From a virus (Duplodnaviria > Caudoviricetes), in IMG/VR virus record IMGVR_UViG_3300012971_000028, positions 1 through 44,413 of that record: 44,413 nucleotides of DNA, one strand, 5' to 3'. Every line of letters begins with the position of its first letter. Position 1 is the first letter of the stretch. Made by a program: the position numbers and the translations under genes. Shown here in pieces: positions 19,075 to 29,187 of this stretch. The notes beneath the pieces were generated by a model. The model was not told the origin of the DNA. It saw nothing but the letters and a program-made list of their open reading frames with translations, and ran no database searches.

Positions 19075-19524
19075 CTACAACACCTTCATATACATGCGCT
19101 CTATCTCAGTGAAGCCGAGCTTGGGAAACAGAGGCTCCGTGTTATAGACCATGCGGAAGCCATGGATCATCATGCCAACGCCACTCATCCTGAAGTCCGT
19201 CTCTGCGTGCTTGACCAGCTTCGTCCCAATGCCCTGACCACGGAAGTCAGGATCGACTGCCAACGTGTTGCACAGTGCGAACTTCATGCCCTTGTGCTGT
19301 GCATGGTAGCCAGTCAGATACATTGCGAAGCCAACAAGCACATTCCCCATCCGTGCAGTGTATATCGTCAGGTTGCCTGCCTTCTCGATGTTGGCGTATA
19401 CTTGCCAGTCCATCTCCAATGGAGGCTGTCCGCGTGGTGCTTCCTCTGTGCGCTCATAGTAGTCCTTGATGAGTGCATCGACTTCAGCCAGACATTCGAC
19501 AAGGCGCTCTCTGCGTATGCGCAT
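19075..19524 (-). CDS. GNAT-family acetyltransferase
   Basis: Acetyl-CoA binding motif AVDPDFRGQGIG; FPKLGFTEIERMY. Confidence 0.9.
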   Translation of the reverse strand: MRIRRERLVECLAEVDALIKDYYERTEEAPRGQPPLEMDWQVYANIEKAGNLTIYTARMGNVLVGFAMYLTGYHAQHKGMKFALCNTLAVDPDFRGQGIGTKLVKHAETDFRMSGVGMMIHGFRMVYNTEPLFPKLGFTEIERMYMKVL

Positions 19525-20618
19525 CAGAACGCTCCTTGGTTGCCGAGGCCACGCTTCTGCTGTGCCAACTGTTCAGGCGTTTGGAAGAATGGCGACGTGC
19601 CAGGTATCGGATTGATAGCACCTTGTGCAAACGGATTGACTGCACCTTGTGCCACACCACCACGGTTCAGCAACTCGTTGATGTCTGTGAACTTCGTGTC
19701 ACCGACAGCACCACGCAATGCACCAGCGAAGTTGGCAAGGTCAGACGTTGCACGTGACGTGGCCTGTCCACCGAATGCACTCGGATCGAACGTCTGATTG
19801 ATCGTCAGTCCACTTGCTGCGTTGCGCGCACCACTGATGATGTCATCGATGTGTGATCTGTCAGTGTCTAGGATGCCACGTCCCAAGTTGGTGATCGTGC
19901 CGCGTGCTGACTCCAACTTCTGTCCCAACAAGTCATTGGCAGCAGTGAAGCCGCTAGGCGTCAACAGGTTGCGGTTGACTGCATTGGTCAACTGCTGGCG
20001 CAGCGGATCGAACTGCTCATTCAGTATCTGCTCCGTAGGTCCAGCCAGTGTGCTGTCAGGTATGAGGTTGGTCGTGAAGTTGGGCGTGAACAGATTGTTG
20101 AGTGCAGCCGTGGCCTGTGTGCGCTTGCCACTTGTCACGTTGCCAATGATCTGATCGCCAAGTGTCGTTGGGAACGCAGCAGCAGGATTGGGGTCCAAGT
20201 CGGCAATGCTGTTGAATTGACGCTGCAACGTTGGCTGTATGTCAGTCGTCATGTAGGCATTCGGATCGACGCCTTGCAATTGGAACTGGCGTATGACATT
20301 CTGCAATGCGTCGTTGTATGCCGTCTGCCTATTGGTTTGGAACGTGCTCTCAGCAGTGTTCGCCGCAGCCTGCTTAGCAGCATCGGCTTGTTGGCTCTTC
20401 GCTGCCTCGTCTGCTTGTCGCTGTGTGATCTCAGCGTTCAACTGTTGTGCCGCACTCTGCCCACCACTGGCCACGCTGAACGGTGTGCTGGTGAATGACC
20501 GTCCACTGATCGGATCAGTCAATGTCGTCTCAGTGAAGCGTGGATCAGGCCCACCACCGCCACCTTTGCGCACACCTGCGAATGTCAGATGGTCAATGTG
20601 CCCACTCGGTGTGAACAT
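19524..20618 (-). CDS. Putative virion / ejection protein
   Basis: N-terminal RKGGGGGP; Gln/Ala/Thr-rich; lies between two GNAT genes. Confidence 0.6.
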   Translation of the reverse strand: MFTPSGHIDHLTFAGVRKGGGGGPDPRFTETTLTDPISGRSFTSTPFSVASGGQSAAQQLNAEITQRQADEAAKSQQADAAKQAAANTAESTFQTNRQTAYNDALQNVIRQFQLQGVDPNAYMTTDIQPTLQRQFNSIADLDPNPAAAFPTTLGDQIIGNVTSGKRTQATAALNNLFTPNFTTNLIPDSTLAGPTEQILNEQFDPLRQQLTNAVNRNLLTPSGFTAANDLLGQKLESARGTITNLGRGILDTDRSHIDDIISGARNAASGLTINQTFDPSAFGGQATSRATSDLANFAGALRGAVGDTKFTDINELLNRGGVAQGAVNPFAQGAINPIPGTSPFFQTPEQLAQQKRGLGNQGAF

Positions 20619-21082
20619 CAGCGTGTCCTCTTGTATAGCGTCCCTGACGGCACGAACCTGAACTGGCGCAGCATGTAGTCAATGGCCAGCCTGTCGATCT
20701 GCACTTCATCACCGCCTTGTATCATCACCGCACCATGCACAATGAATGCCCAATCGATGAAGCCCTGCATCAATGACTTGGCAATGCGTCCTCTGCCAAC
20801 TGTCCCTGGCCGCACGAACCACAGATCAACATAGGCACCCAGAGCGGCGCTGAAGTAGAAAGGAACCACATGGCCGCCCAAGAAGCCACAAGCGCAGTCT
20901 GTGTCGTCATAAGCCAAGCGACAGTAGTAGGCGTCATGGTCCATGACTCCGATGACCATGCGCCGTGCGAACGCTGCATCGTATGCTGGTCCCGTCTTGG
21001 CAAATGGTGTAAGGTCATGGAGTTCTGCTCCCAGTGTCACTACGTCGTCGAGGTTGTGTTCTGCGAATGGCACGATCCTCAT
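20618..21082 (-). CDS. GNAT-fold acetyltransferase-like protein (T7 gp13-like position)
   Basis: LWFVRPGTVGRGRIAKSLMQGFIDWA; start moved to ATG 21082, an ATGA overlap with the fibre stop. Confidence 0.75.
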   Translation of the reverse strand: MRIVPFAEHNLDDVVTLGAELHDLTPFAKTGPAYDAAFARRMVIGVMDHDAYYCRLAYDDTDCACGFLGGHVVPFYFSAALGAYVDLWFVRPGTVGRGRIAKSLMQGFIDWAFIVHGAVMIQGGDEVQIDRLAIDYMLRQFRFVPSGTLYKRTR

Positions 21083-22701
21083 GTGATACCATGTGCAACC
21101 AATCGCGACTGGATGTTCTGCAAGCAATTGACGCACAATGCGATCAATGACATTGGCGATATGGCCAGCGTCGGATTGGCACCCGTAGGATCACCACCAG
21201 TGCCATCAGGTGCCTTGATGCCTGCAATCTTCACACACTCAGGATACACAGACTGCACAGACTGTGCGCTGAAGCCACAGTCCTGTAGTCCTGTGCTGCC
21301 GTCAACATTGAGCCAGTTGAACTCAATTGGTGCCAATGCCATCATCGTGCTGATGCTGTATGTCATCGCTGTGACGTTGGTCTTGAACCTGTTGTCGCTG
21401 ACCGTGAAGCCACCAGCCGAGATGATTGCACCTGTCGGGTTGACCAGTGCGTTGTCACTGCCACGCAACTGCAACACCACAGGGTTGCCAAACCCTGGTG
21501 TTGCACTCTTGACCGTCATCTGTATCTCACTGGCAGTAGGACGGTTGAACATATTCATCACGTTGTTCGTGTCATACCGTATCTGCCTGAACGGTGTGGT
21601 GACTGGTCCTGCCTCTGTGATCGTGCCACTGATCATGCCCAACGACAGATCACTCGTAGCGAAGAACGCATTGGGCTGCATCACACCCCATGTCAGTGTA
21701 GGCAGTCCTGAGCCATCCAGATTGCCGAACTGTATCTGGCTCAGTGTTGTGCTACTGCTGTTCCAGAACCCAACGTTGGTGTTGACTGGCACAGACCATG
21801 CACTGACTGATGGTGCAAAGCCTGCTGTGTCCGTGCGCGAGATGAGTCGCCCACTCGTGGTGACTGTTGTGCCACTGATCGTCAGTGGTCCTGTCACTGT
21901 CTGGCCACCAGCGCCACCAGTCAGCTTCAGGAATGGTTGTGCAGCGGCAGTGCTGTCCACGTATGACTTCGTAGTGGCCTGTGTGCCTACCGTTGGTGTC
22001 GTAGCAGGCAGGTTCAGTGCGCCGGTGAGCGTGCCACCAGTCAATGCCAGACGCAATGCGACCTGTCCATCCACGTATGACTTGTTCGTGGCCTGCGCCG
22101 CCACTGTAGGCGCAGCGGCTGGCAAGTTCAGTGCACCAGTCAGTGTGCCACCAGTGGTCGGCAAGAAGCCAACACCACCAACTCGTGCGTCTACATACTG
22201 CTTCGTCGCAGCACCAGTGACGGCTACTGGGTCGCCACTCAGAATGAGCAGCCCAGTCATCGTGTCACCAGCCTTGCTGACCTTCGTTGCGGCCGTAGCA
22301 GCACTGTTGGCTGCGTTGGTTGCACTCGTGGCCGCATTCGTGGCCGACGTAGCAGCAGCGGATGCACTCGCTGCGGCTTGCGTTGCGAAGTCACGTGCTG
22401 GTGCCTGCAACAACAACCACCGCGTCGGATTGGCTTGCCTGTCCTGGCTGAACGTAGTCGGTGCAGACGGTGAGGTGTGTGCGATCAAGCATGACCAGAT
22501 GCTGCTGTCCACGCTGTCAATCACCGACACACCAACAGTGAATACTGTGTCGTTCTTCCAGATGCCGACGAGATTAGGCACACCAAGGAACGATGCCATC
22601 GCACCGTCAATGATGCGCAAGTCGTTGTTGATGTCCTGATCCCATGGCTCCTGGTCGAATGCAGGCAGCGTAAGCTTGAGGACAGGTGTGAACGTCGCCA
22701 T
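21079..22701 (-). CDS. Tail fibre with C-terminal intramolecular chaperone (peptidase S74-like)
   Basis: Three G(D/G)T(M/L)TGxL...KxYVD repeats; SDNRFKTNV and GFSAQSVQSVYPECV autocleavage-domain motifs. Confidence 0.88.
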   Translation of the reverse strand: MATFTPVLKLTLPAFDQEPWDQDINNDLRIIDGAMASFLGVPNLVGIWKNDTVFTVGVSVIDSVDSSIWSCLIAHTSPSAPTTFSQDRQANPTRWLLLQAPARDFATQAAASASAAATSATNAATSATNAANSAATAATKVSKAGDTMTGLLILSGDPVAVTGAATKQYVDARVGGVGFLPTTGGTLTGALNLPAAAPTVAAQATNKSYVDGQVALRLALTGGTLTGALNLPATTPTVGTQATTKSYVDSTAAAQPFLKLTGGAGGQTVTGPLTISGTTVTTSGRLISRTDTAGFAPSVSAWSVPVNTNVGFWNSSSTTLSQIQFGNLDGSGLPTLTWGVMQPNAFFATSDLSLGMISGTITEAGPVTTPFRQIRYDTNNVMNMFNRPTASEIQMTVKSATPGFGNPVVLQLRGSDNALVNPTGAIISAGGFTVSDNRFKTNVTAMTYSISTMMALAPIEFNWLNVDGSTGLQDCGFSAQSVQSVYPECVKIAGIKAPDGTGGDPTGANPTLAISPMSLIALCVNCLQNIQSRLVAHGIT

Positions 22702-22703
22702 CC

Positions 22704-24557
22704 TTATCTCCTAATGCTGCCATGCAGATACGCAATCGAGATGCTAATGAACCGCAGCTTGCGCTTCGTTGCACCACTCATGCGCAGCTTCAGCAGCTTG
22801 AACTTTGCATTGTAGCCAAATAGCCTCTCGTCACTGCTGAGCCTGCCACCACCATACGGTGCATCCCCGTATGAGGAGTCGCCATATCCACGACTATCGC
22901 CGCCAACGAATTGCATACTGAGCATGGCCTGATCCGTGCCCGGTGGTCGCTCCTTGATGTTGTCAACATACGCGCGTGCCGTGAATGTCGCATCACCTTG
23001 CGTATCCAGCGCAATATACTTGATGATCTTGATGTCCATGCGATGCTTGAAGTCTGCCCACGGCATCTCCCAATCGAACACCACGTCTTCACCTGCGCCA
23101 CCACCGATTGCTGGATCATTGCGTCGATCCGCATTCTGTGTAGGACTGTCGAAGTCGTAGGCATAGAGCTTATTCCCCCTACTGAACACTACGTTCTGTA
23201 GTGCTGTGCGTGCTGCACTCTGCCAAATCCAACCACGCAGCCGTGCCCATGCCTGCACCTTGAGCGTGGGGATGTTCGTATAGCTGAAGCACACCGTCTC
23301 TGTAATCGTGGTGCCGCTGAACACAGGCACGAACAGCATGTATCGGAAGTTGCGTAGGTCGTATGTAGCGAACACATACTGTTCGATCTGCTGCTGTGAC
23401 AATGGCTGTATGGCAGCAGTGACGAGTGGATCGATGAGATGCGACGCCCTGACTGGCCGTAGCGTATTGTTGAAGTTGATACGCGTGATGCTGTTCACAC
23501 CGATGTTGTCACAGAAGAATGTGTCATCGCCAACTGATACCAGTGAGCGATGAGATAGGCAGCCGAACTCCTCGATGAAGCCATCATCCGTAGGTGTATG
23601 AACCTGCGGTGCGGTGCCGGTGAATACACCAAGGCTGATAGGCAACACTCCACGCTCAAACGTAACCAACAGCTTATCTCTGTAGGCCACCATGCCAGTG
23701 ATAGTAGAAGAGCCAAGACTAACACGAGGACCAAGGTCCACATTGACAGCGTTGTTAGGCGCCGGGTCGTTGAAGTATGTGCCACTCGTGTCCTCAGCGC
23801 TAATGAATATGCTAGACGGGTCGTCTGACTTGCCTGCGAACACAGTGAAGCGGCCGTGTGTAATCACATACTTGGCGATCGGTGTGTTGACGTTGGTCAG
23901 GGACGCCTTGTCAACCAGGAACTGTGGCACCAAGAAGTTGGGGTCCAGCGGATGACCACTCACTATGAGTGGCTTGTCACGCCCATTGGTGATGATCAGG
24001 TCGTTGTTGAAGATTGTGAAGTCAACGAACGTCACACCAGTTGGCCATGAGCCAGCAGGATTGGCCGTCCAGAACGTCGGGTGCGCAGCCCTGTCAGCAG
24101 CGAACGTGCCTGTGGCTGCACTGGTATGTGCAACAAGACAGCGCCAGAACGTCCTGTCGGTAACGTCCATGGCGACCTGCCCAACTACGAATGCATGGTT
24201 GTTGGCCCATGCAGCGAAGTTGATTGGCAGTTGCAGCACCACACCAGCACCATCGATACGGCTGATCTGGCCACTGGCCTGCACCGTCCAGATGAAGTTG
24301 TTGAAGTAGATATGGTTGATGATCGCTGTCGTGTCTGGCAGTCCAGCCAAGAACACAGTGCCTGGACGCAAGCTCAATGAACCGTCGATGTTGCGCTCTA
24401 GGTTGTCGAGCACACGCGCATACTTCGGTGACATGTTGAGGTCAGTGTCAGTCACGTTCAGGCCACCCTCGAACGATCGAACGGTGCTGACTTGCAGCAG
24501 TGATTGCGGCTGGCTGCCGCGTGGATTGAGGCTACCTGTTGTCTTGGCCAGATACAC
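22704..24557 (-). CDS. Tail nozzle / stabilisation protein (T7 gp12 / P22 gp10-like)
   Basis: FEGGLN...SLSLRPG N-terminus, GCLSHRS, beta-rich sequence, size and position. Confidence 0.8.
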   Translation of the reverse strand: MYLAKTTGSLNPRGSQPQSLLQVSTVRSFEGGLNVTDTDLNMSPKYARVLDNLERNIDGSLSLRPGTVFLAGLPDTTAIINHIYFNNFIWTVQASGQISRIDGAGVVLQLPINFAAWANNHAFVVGQVAMDVTDRTFWRCLVAHTSAATGTFAADRAAHPTFWTANPAGSWPTGVTFVDFTIFNNDLIITNGRDKPLIVSGHPLDPNFLVPQFLVDKASLTNVNTPIAKYVITHGRFTVFAGKSDDPSSIFISAEDTSGTYFNDPAPNNAVNVDLGPRVSLGSSTITGMVAYRDKLLVTFERGVLPISLGVFTGTAPQVHTPTDDGFIEEFGCLSHRSLVSVGDDTFFCDNIGVNSITRINFNNTLRPVRASHLIDPLVTAAIQPLSQQQIEQYVFATYDLRNFRYMLFVPVFSGTTITETVCFSYTNIPTLKVQAWARLRGWIWQSAARTALQNVVFSRGNKLYAYDFDSPTQNADRRNDPAIGGGAGEDVVFDWEMPWADFKHRMDIKIIKYIALDTQGDATFTARAYVDNIKERPPGTDQAMLSMQFVGGDSRGYGDSSYGDAPYGGGRLSSDERLFGYNAKFKLLKLRMSGATKRKLRFISISIAYLHGSIRR

Positions 24558-24726
24558 CCATGTTGTCCTTCTGCCGTAGTGCGTTCACTTCATGCTGTGT
24601 GCATTGCGTCTGTATCGCTGCAATGTGACGTGCCACCAACTTGTATGGTTGGTCAGACAGATACATCATCACTTGGTTCCACTCACCAGCCGATAGCGTC
24701 ACAGCGATCTGTTCATCAGGTGTCAT
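24532..24726 (-). CDS. Small hypothetical protein, possible fibre assembly chaperone
   Basis: ATGA-coupled to the fibre gene; short amphipathic helices. Confidence 0.65.
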   Translation of the reverse strand: MTPDEQIAVTLSAGEWNQVMMYLSDQPYKLVARHIAAIQTQCTQHEVNALRQKDNMGVSGQDNR

Positions 24727-27281
24727 CTGCGTCTCCGTGCTTGTAATGAGCCGTATGCGGCCATGGTGCCTCCACTGAATGTGCCAACAGTGGACAGGTA
24801 GACTGTCGTTGTGCTGGTCAGCGTGATGCGCATTGCACCAACATACTCACAACTGTTGGTGCCGACGTTGATCGTGCCGCTATGGAAGAACGCGCCTGCA
24901 TTGGGTGCACCTGGATTGGTAGCACTTGTCGTGCTGATCCATGCCTGTGCAGGATTGAACGTTGTTGCTGTGCCAGTATAGCCAATCGACGCCCACACAT
25001 CCCAATCACCAGCAGTCAGTGACACGTTGCACACATTGAGGTTCGTGCCTGTGGTCATGGCTACTGCCGAGCCAGCGGCCACGTTCGTAATCACGTGTTC
25101 ACCAACTGCACCAGCATTGGCATTGTTATTCGTGTTCGTTCCACGGACGCCTGCCAACTGGTCAGGCTGTATTTGCACACCGCTGGTCATTGTCAGGCTG
25201 GCAGCAACGATGCTCATCACATCGACGCCGTTGATGTTCCAATACATGCCTGCGCCACTAGGCAGTATGCAGTTCAATCGTGCTGACTCCACGCCGAAGC
25301 CGACAGTTGTGCCATACAATGCATGGTGCTTCGACAAGTCAGTGTGTGACGCGCCGAACACTGATCCATGACTGATGCCGAGACCGTTCATCGCCAAGCC
25401 CGTTGACGACACGGTGGCAACATCCGTGCCACCAACGATGAGTGAGTGTGTGCCTGCTGCTGGTGTGTTGTAGTTCACTCTGTTGGCCGTTATGCCAATG
25501 CCAAACGTCGCACCATACAGGCTGATGTGCTTCGTCACGTCTGTCGGCGAAGCACCAGTCACAGAGCCAAACGTCACACCATTGTTGAACTGGATTGCAG
25601 GATTGGTGCCCGTTGCTGCAAGCAGGACGGCATTGGCAGCAGCAGCACCAGGAGTGATGCTGAACTTGTTGTTCGTGCCCGTGCCAACAGTCAACACCTT
25701 GTTGCTGGTCACTGCACCATTGATCACTGTGTCGGTCAGCCCATTGAGCGTGAAGCCGCCAGCACCACTGCTTGTCACTGACACTGGTGTTGCAGCGGAG
25801 GCACCTGGTGTTACAACAAGGGCATTGCGTGTTGCATCAAACGAACCAAGATAGATGGTGCCTGAGCTTCCTTTGTTGTTGGGGCCACACACATCTAGGT
25901 AGACGCTGCCCTGCTGCTTACCTGCTGGTGCATCACCAGGACCAATGAACAGGTTGCCAGTGTTGCCTCCTGATGATACACCAGACCTCATTGAGATCGC
26001 ACCAGAGGAGCCACTGCCTGCAAACACATTACCAGTTTGCACCGCAAGGCTGCCTGAGCCTGTCGCAGCAGCAGTTGCGTTGGTCAGCACATTCAGCCCA
26101 CCGCTGTCTGACCATGATGCAATCATCGCTGGTGTGGTTGGTGTGTGCCCTGGCTGCATGAATATGGGGTTGCGGACGGTGGCCTGACTTGCCTGAACAC
26201 CAACTATGACGTATCCTGGTGTGCCTGTGTTGTAGTATCCGTCAACGTTCAGAATGATGTTGCCTTGTTGTTTGCCAGCAGCAGGATTGCCAGGACTGAT
26301 GGCTACGTTGCCTGTTGCATCACTGGTGCTGTCACCTGAGTAGATATATACGTCACCAGTCAGTCCATCAGACTTGCCACTATAGACCTCTGTGCCACCA
26401 CTCTTGCCGCCAGCATCCAATGCACCACCACTGCCAATCCCTGCCCAGCCAGATGTCTGTGCTCCCGTTGTGTAGCCAGACATGAAGTAGGCCCATCCCG
26501 TAGCAGTCGTGTTCGGTCCATTGGCACCGCTTGTTACTGTCAGCGACGAGCCATTGTCTGGTGTCCTAATGACTGACGATAGGCTGCCACCACCATCGTC
26601 AGGCGAATACGTGAGATTGACTATGCCATTCAGTTCGATCTCACCCTTCGTTCCACTGGGTGCATCACCGGTGCTTATTGCAACCTTTCCACTGTCACCT
26701 GAGAGCGAACCACCTGAGTAGATGTGCACCTCACCTGAGTTGCCTGAGTTGGTAGTGCCTGTCCACAGATATGCAATTCCTGAAGTGCCTGTGCCACTAG
26801 CATCGCCTGATCCAGCGCCCACGTCACCACTGTTGGCGTTTCCTGTCACGAATCCACTGGATACGTATATCCAACCACTATCAGTTGTCTGTGGGTTGCC
26901 AGGCGATCCACCACCTGACTGAACGTTGAGTGGAATGCTGTCTTCCGTCCAGATGTCGAACTCGTTTGGATCAGCCGTATCTGGAAAGTTGCCCATCTGA
27001 ATGGTGGCTTTGCCACCGAACGCATTCGTGAAATACAATGGTCCACCAAGCGTCACACCATCAGGACTTGACCCTGGCGGAGGCACACCCGGTATGGTGC
27101 CAGCAATGGCTCTGAACACCCATGACTTGCTGACTGCTTCGTTGTCATACTGCGGATCGAAGCCCCACAGCAGCAGTGGCGCTTCCATCGCGTCACCGCC
27201 CCAGCAGTCAACATGATGACCGAACTGGTCATTCAGCATCTCGGCAGTGAGCACAGTCCCAGATAGGAAGTTGCTGGCCAT
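24723..27281 (-). CDS. Tail fibre / spike with Gly-Ser-Thr-rich repeats
   Basis: Many (S/T)GxVxIx(S/T)G repeats, a duplicated TDxxKHxxLYG module, and a C-terminal SLTAGDWDVW...ARRRR tip domain. Confidence 0.8.
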   Translation of the reverse strand: MASNFLSGTVLTAEMLNDQFGHHVDCWGGDAMEAPLLLWGFDPQYDNEAVSKSWVFRAIAGTIPGVPPPGSSPDGVTLGGPLYFTNAFGGKATIQMGNFPDTADPNEFDIWTEDSIPLNVQSGGGSPGNPQTTDSGWIYVSSGFVTGNANSGDVGAGSGDASGTGTSGIAYLWTGTTNSGNSGEVHIYSGGSLSGDSGKVAISTGDAPSGTKGEIELNGIVNLTYSPDDGGGSLSSVIRTPDNGSSLTVTSGANGPNTTATGWAYFMSGYTTGAQTSGWAGIGSGGALDAGGKSGGTEVYSGKSDGLTGDVYIYSGDSTSDATGNVAISPGNPAAGKQQGNIILNVDGYYNTGTPGYVIVGVQASQATVRNPIFMQPGHTPTTPAMIASWSDSGGLNVLTNATAAATGSGSLAVQTGNVFAGSGSSGAISMRSGVSSGGNTGNLFIGPGDAPAGKQQGSVYLDVCGPNNKGSSGTIYLGSFDATRNALVVTPGASAATPVSVTSSGAGGFTLNGLTDTVINGAVTSNKVLTVGTGTNNKFSITPGAAAANAVLLAATGTNPAIQFNNGVTFGSVTGASPTDVTKHISLYGATFGIGITANRVNYNTPAAGTHSLIVGGTDVATVSSTGLAMNGLGISHGSVFGASHTDLSKHHALYGTTVGFGVESARLNCILPSGAGMYWNINGVDVMSIVAASLTMTSGVQIQPDQLAGVRGTNTNNNANAGAVGEHVITNVAAGSAVAMTTGTNLNVCNVSLTAGDWDVWASIGYTGTATTFNPAQAWISTTSATNPGAPNAGAFFHSGTINVGTNSCEYVGAMRITLTSTTTVYLSTVGTFSGGTMAAYGSLQARRRR

Positions 27282-28000
27282 CAGATCACCGGCGTTGTGT
27301 TGAGGACAAACTGCTGTGTGCCGAAGTCCTCTTGGAACAGTGCAGGATCGGCAGGGAAGCGTGGATCAAGCATCAGTCCGTGTTGCACAAAGTCAGCCTT
27401 CACTTGCTGTCTGCGCTTGGCTGCCAGCATCTGGAACTTGTTGACCTGTGATGGCACGGTGCCATCATCGACTGCATACATCCAACATGCATCGAACTGC
27501 AACAGCAGCGGGTCGAGATACACCTTGTCAGTGTCAGCCAGTGGCACTGTCGGTTGCTGCCTGAACCACACCACGACATTGCCGATGAAGTTCTCTGGCC
27601 ACACCTTGAACGGCCGATGCACAGCAGTAGCATCAGGACTAATGAATATCGGCCCGATGCCGCCCTGTGCGCCAGTGACGTTGAACGGGTTGACAGACTG
27701 TGGCAGTTCTGCTATTCTACGATTGCTGCCATCGATATACACTGCTGCGATGTTCGTGTAGTCATCACAGAAGCTGATCGGACCCTTCAGGTCAGCAGCC
27801 AGCAGCCCACTACTGCCGCTTAGTGGCACACGCTGATAGAACATCAAGTTGGGCCACCACATCTCGTTGATCTCTAACGTCAGTGCATCTTGGACGAACT
27901 GTCTGAACCGCTCTGCACTGTATATCTGTGTGGCCAGTCCAGGCACCTGCGACAATTCAGTGATGCACGCATTCACAATGTCTGCAACTGTGCCAGCCAT
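27281..28000 (-). CDS. Head-tail adaptor (tail tubular protein A-like)
   Basis: TVADIVNACITEL N-terminus, WWPNL, size and position upstream of fibre and nozzle. Confidence 0.7.
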   Translation of the reverse strand: MAGTVADIVNACITELSQVPGLATQIYSAERFRQFVQDALTLEINEMWWPNLMFYQRVPLSGSSGLLAADLKGPISFCDDYTNIAAVYIDGSNRRIAELPQSVNPFNVTGAQGGIGPIFISPDATAVHRPFKVWPENFIGNVVVWFRQQPTVPLADTDKVYLDPLLLQFDACWMYAVDDGTVPSQVNKFQMLAAKRRQQVKADFVQHGLMLDPRFPADPALFQEDFGTQQFVLNTTPVI

Positions 28001-28019
28001 GATGCACCCCTACACACAC

Positions 28020-28050
28020 AGACGGCGCCAACGGGAGGAAGGCGCCGCCT
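28020..28050 (-). promoter_or_regulatory. Hairpin at the head/tail gene boundary (weak terminator or stabilising element)
   Basis: - strand AGGCGGCGCC-TTCCTCCCGTT-GGCGCCGTCT followed by GTGTGTGT. Confidence 0.6.
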
Positions 28051-28090
28051 GCTACCAAGCACTTCGGAGCGGTTGTCTGTCTACAAGCGC

Positions 28091-28789
28091 CTATCCATTG
28101 AAGTGCCTGATGCCGTGCAAGCCTCCATTGTTGGACGAGTTCAGGTCATTGCTGAAGTCTGCAACCAACGAGATAACGTTAGCAGCATTCAGCGCCGTTG
28201 TCGGCTTGTATGTGCCGCGTGGATCACCGGTCGTGGCCGTCTGCGGATCGTTGAGCACAGGATTGGTCACAGTGCCAAGCGTGCCAACTGCCTGACCGTT
28301 GGCCACCTCGAACGCGCCACGCTGCACCTTCCATGGCAGTCCAAGCGTGGTGCCCCATCCGGCGTTGAACGTCTGTGACGCTGTGACCGGTGCACCAACG
28401 GTGATGCTGTCAACGAACTTGAACGCCTTCTTGCTCTCCACAGTGGTCACACCATTAAGCGTGACGTTCTCAGTGACAGGCTGTCCGAGATAGTCAGCAC
28501 CACGGATGGTGATGACATTGGCGACACCCGCCAGTGACGCAACGAACTGAATGGTGCGTCCCCACGGATCGACAATGCCCTGTGCATTCACGTTGCCAGT
28601 CAAGTCAACTGTCGCACCAGCACCCGTGCTCTGTCCATTCAGCAAGTTGTTGGCAACACCAGCCGGTGGTGTGCCAAGTGGAACACGCGATGGACTGTTC
28701 AGGTTCACATCCACTGCATACTGCATACCTGGCACATAGTTGTTGATGCGCCGCTGGAACGCAGTCGGTGACGGGATGACATTTGCCAT
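28091..28789 (-). CDS. Putative virion structural protein (capsid decoration/cement candidate)
   Basis: Beta-rich Thr/Gly/Asn/Val protein; last gene before the hairpin in the capsid block. Confidence 0.55.
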   Translation of the reverse strand: MANVIPSPTAFQRRINNYVPGMQYAVDVNLNSPSRVPLGTPPAGVANNLLNGQSTGAGATVDLTGNVNAQGIVDPWGRTIQFVASLAGVANVITIRGADYLGQPVTENVTLNGVTTVESKKAFKFVDSITVGAPVTASQTFNAGWGTTLGLPWKVQRGAFEVANGQAVGTLGTVTNPVLNDPQTATTGDPRGTYKPTTALNAANVISLVADFSNDLNSSNNGGLHGIRHFNG

Positions 28790-29187
28790 TACTCAATCAC
28801 TCCATGATCGAGCGCAGAGAAGCCACCAGTTGGTCGTGGTCTGTTCTGCGTCTTGCGTTCAACGATTTCCTTCGGTGACAGACCGAAGCCATCTGGCACT
28901 TCTTCGCCACTCTCCATGTCCACCATGCGTGGGTCTTGCAGCACACCGATACGACGCAACTGCTCAGTGTCGTCAGCAGCAACGAAGATAGAGTGTCCCT
29001 GTGGGAAGTAGATCATGTATCCCTCAGTGACTTCTTCTTCGATGGGCCTGATCTTGCGTGTGATGATGCTCTTGTCCTTCAGTGCACCGACCTGTCGCAC
29101 TTCCTCTTCGATGTGCATCACCACGCGCTTGAAGCTGCCTGTCACCTTCTCTGCTTGGAATGCAGGCTTGATGTCAAGCTGCGGCAT
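28789..29187 (-). CDS. Hypothetical protein
   Basis: GGAGG RBS; TAATG-coupled to the next gene. Confidence 0.8.
   Translation of the reverse strand: MPQLDIKPAFQAEKVTGSFKRVVMHIEEEVRQVGALKDKSIITRKIRPIEEEVTEGYMIYFPQGHSIFVAADDTEQLRRIGVLQDPRMVDMESGEEVPDGFGLSPKEIVERKTQNRPRPTGGFSALDHGVIE

Noticed and set aside
20870-22639. 589-aa + strand ORF
   Set aside because: Antisense shadow of the tail fibre gene, which has clear motifs. The same applies to the many other antisense ORFs across the late cluster.
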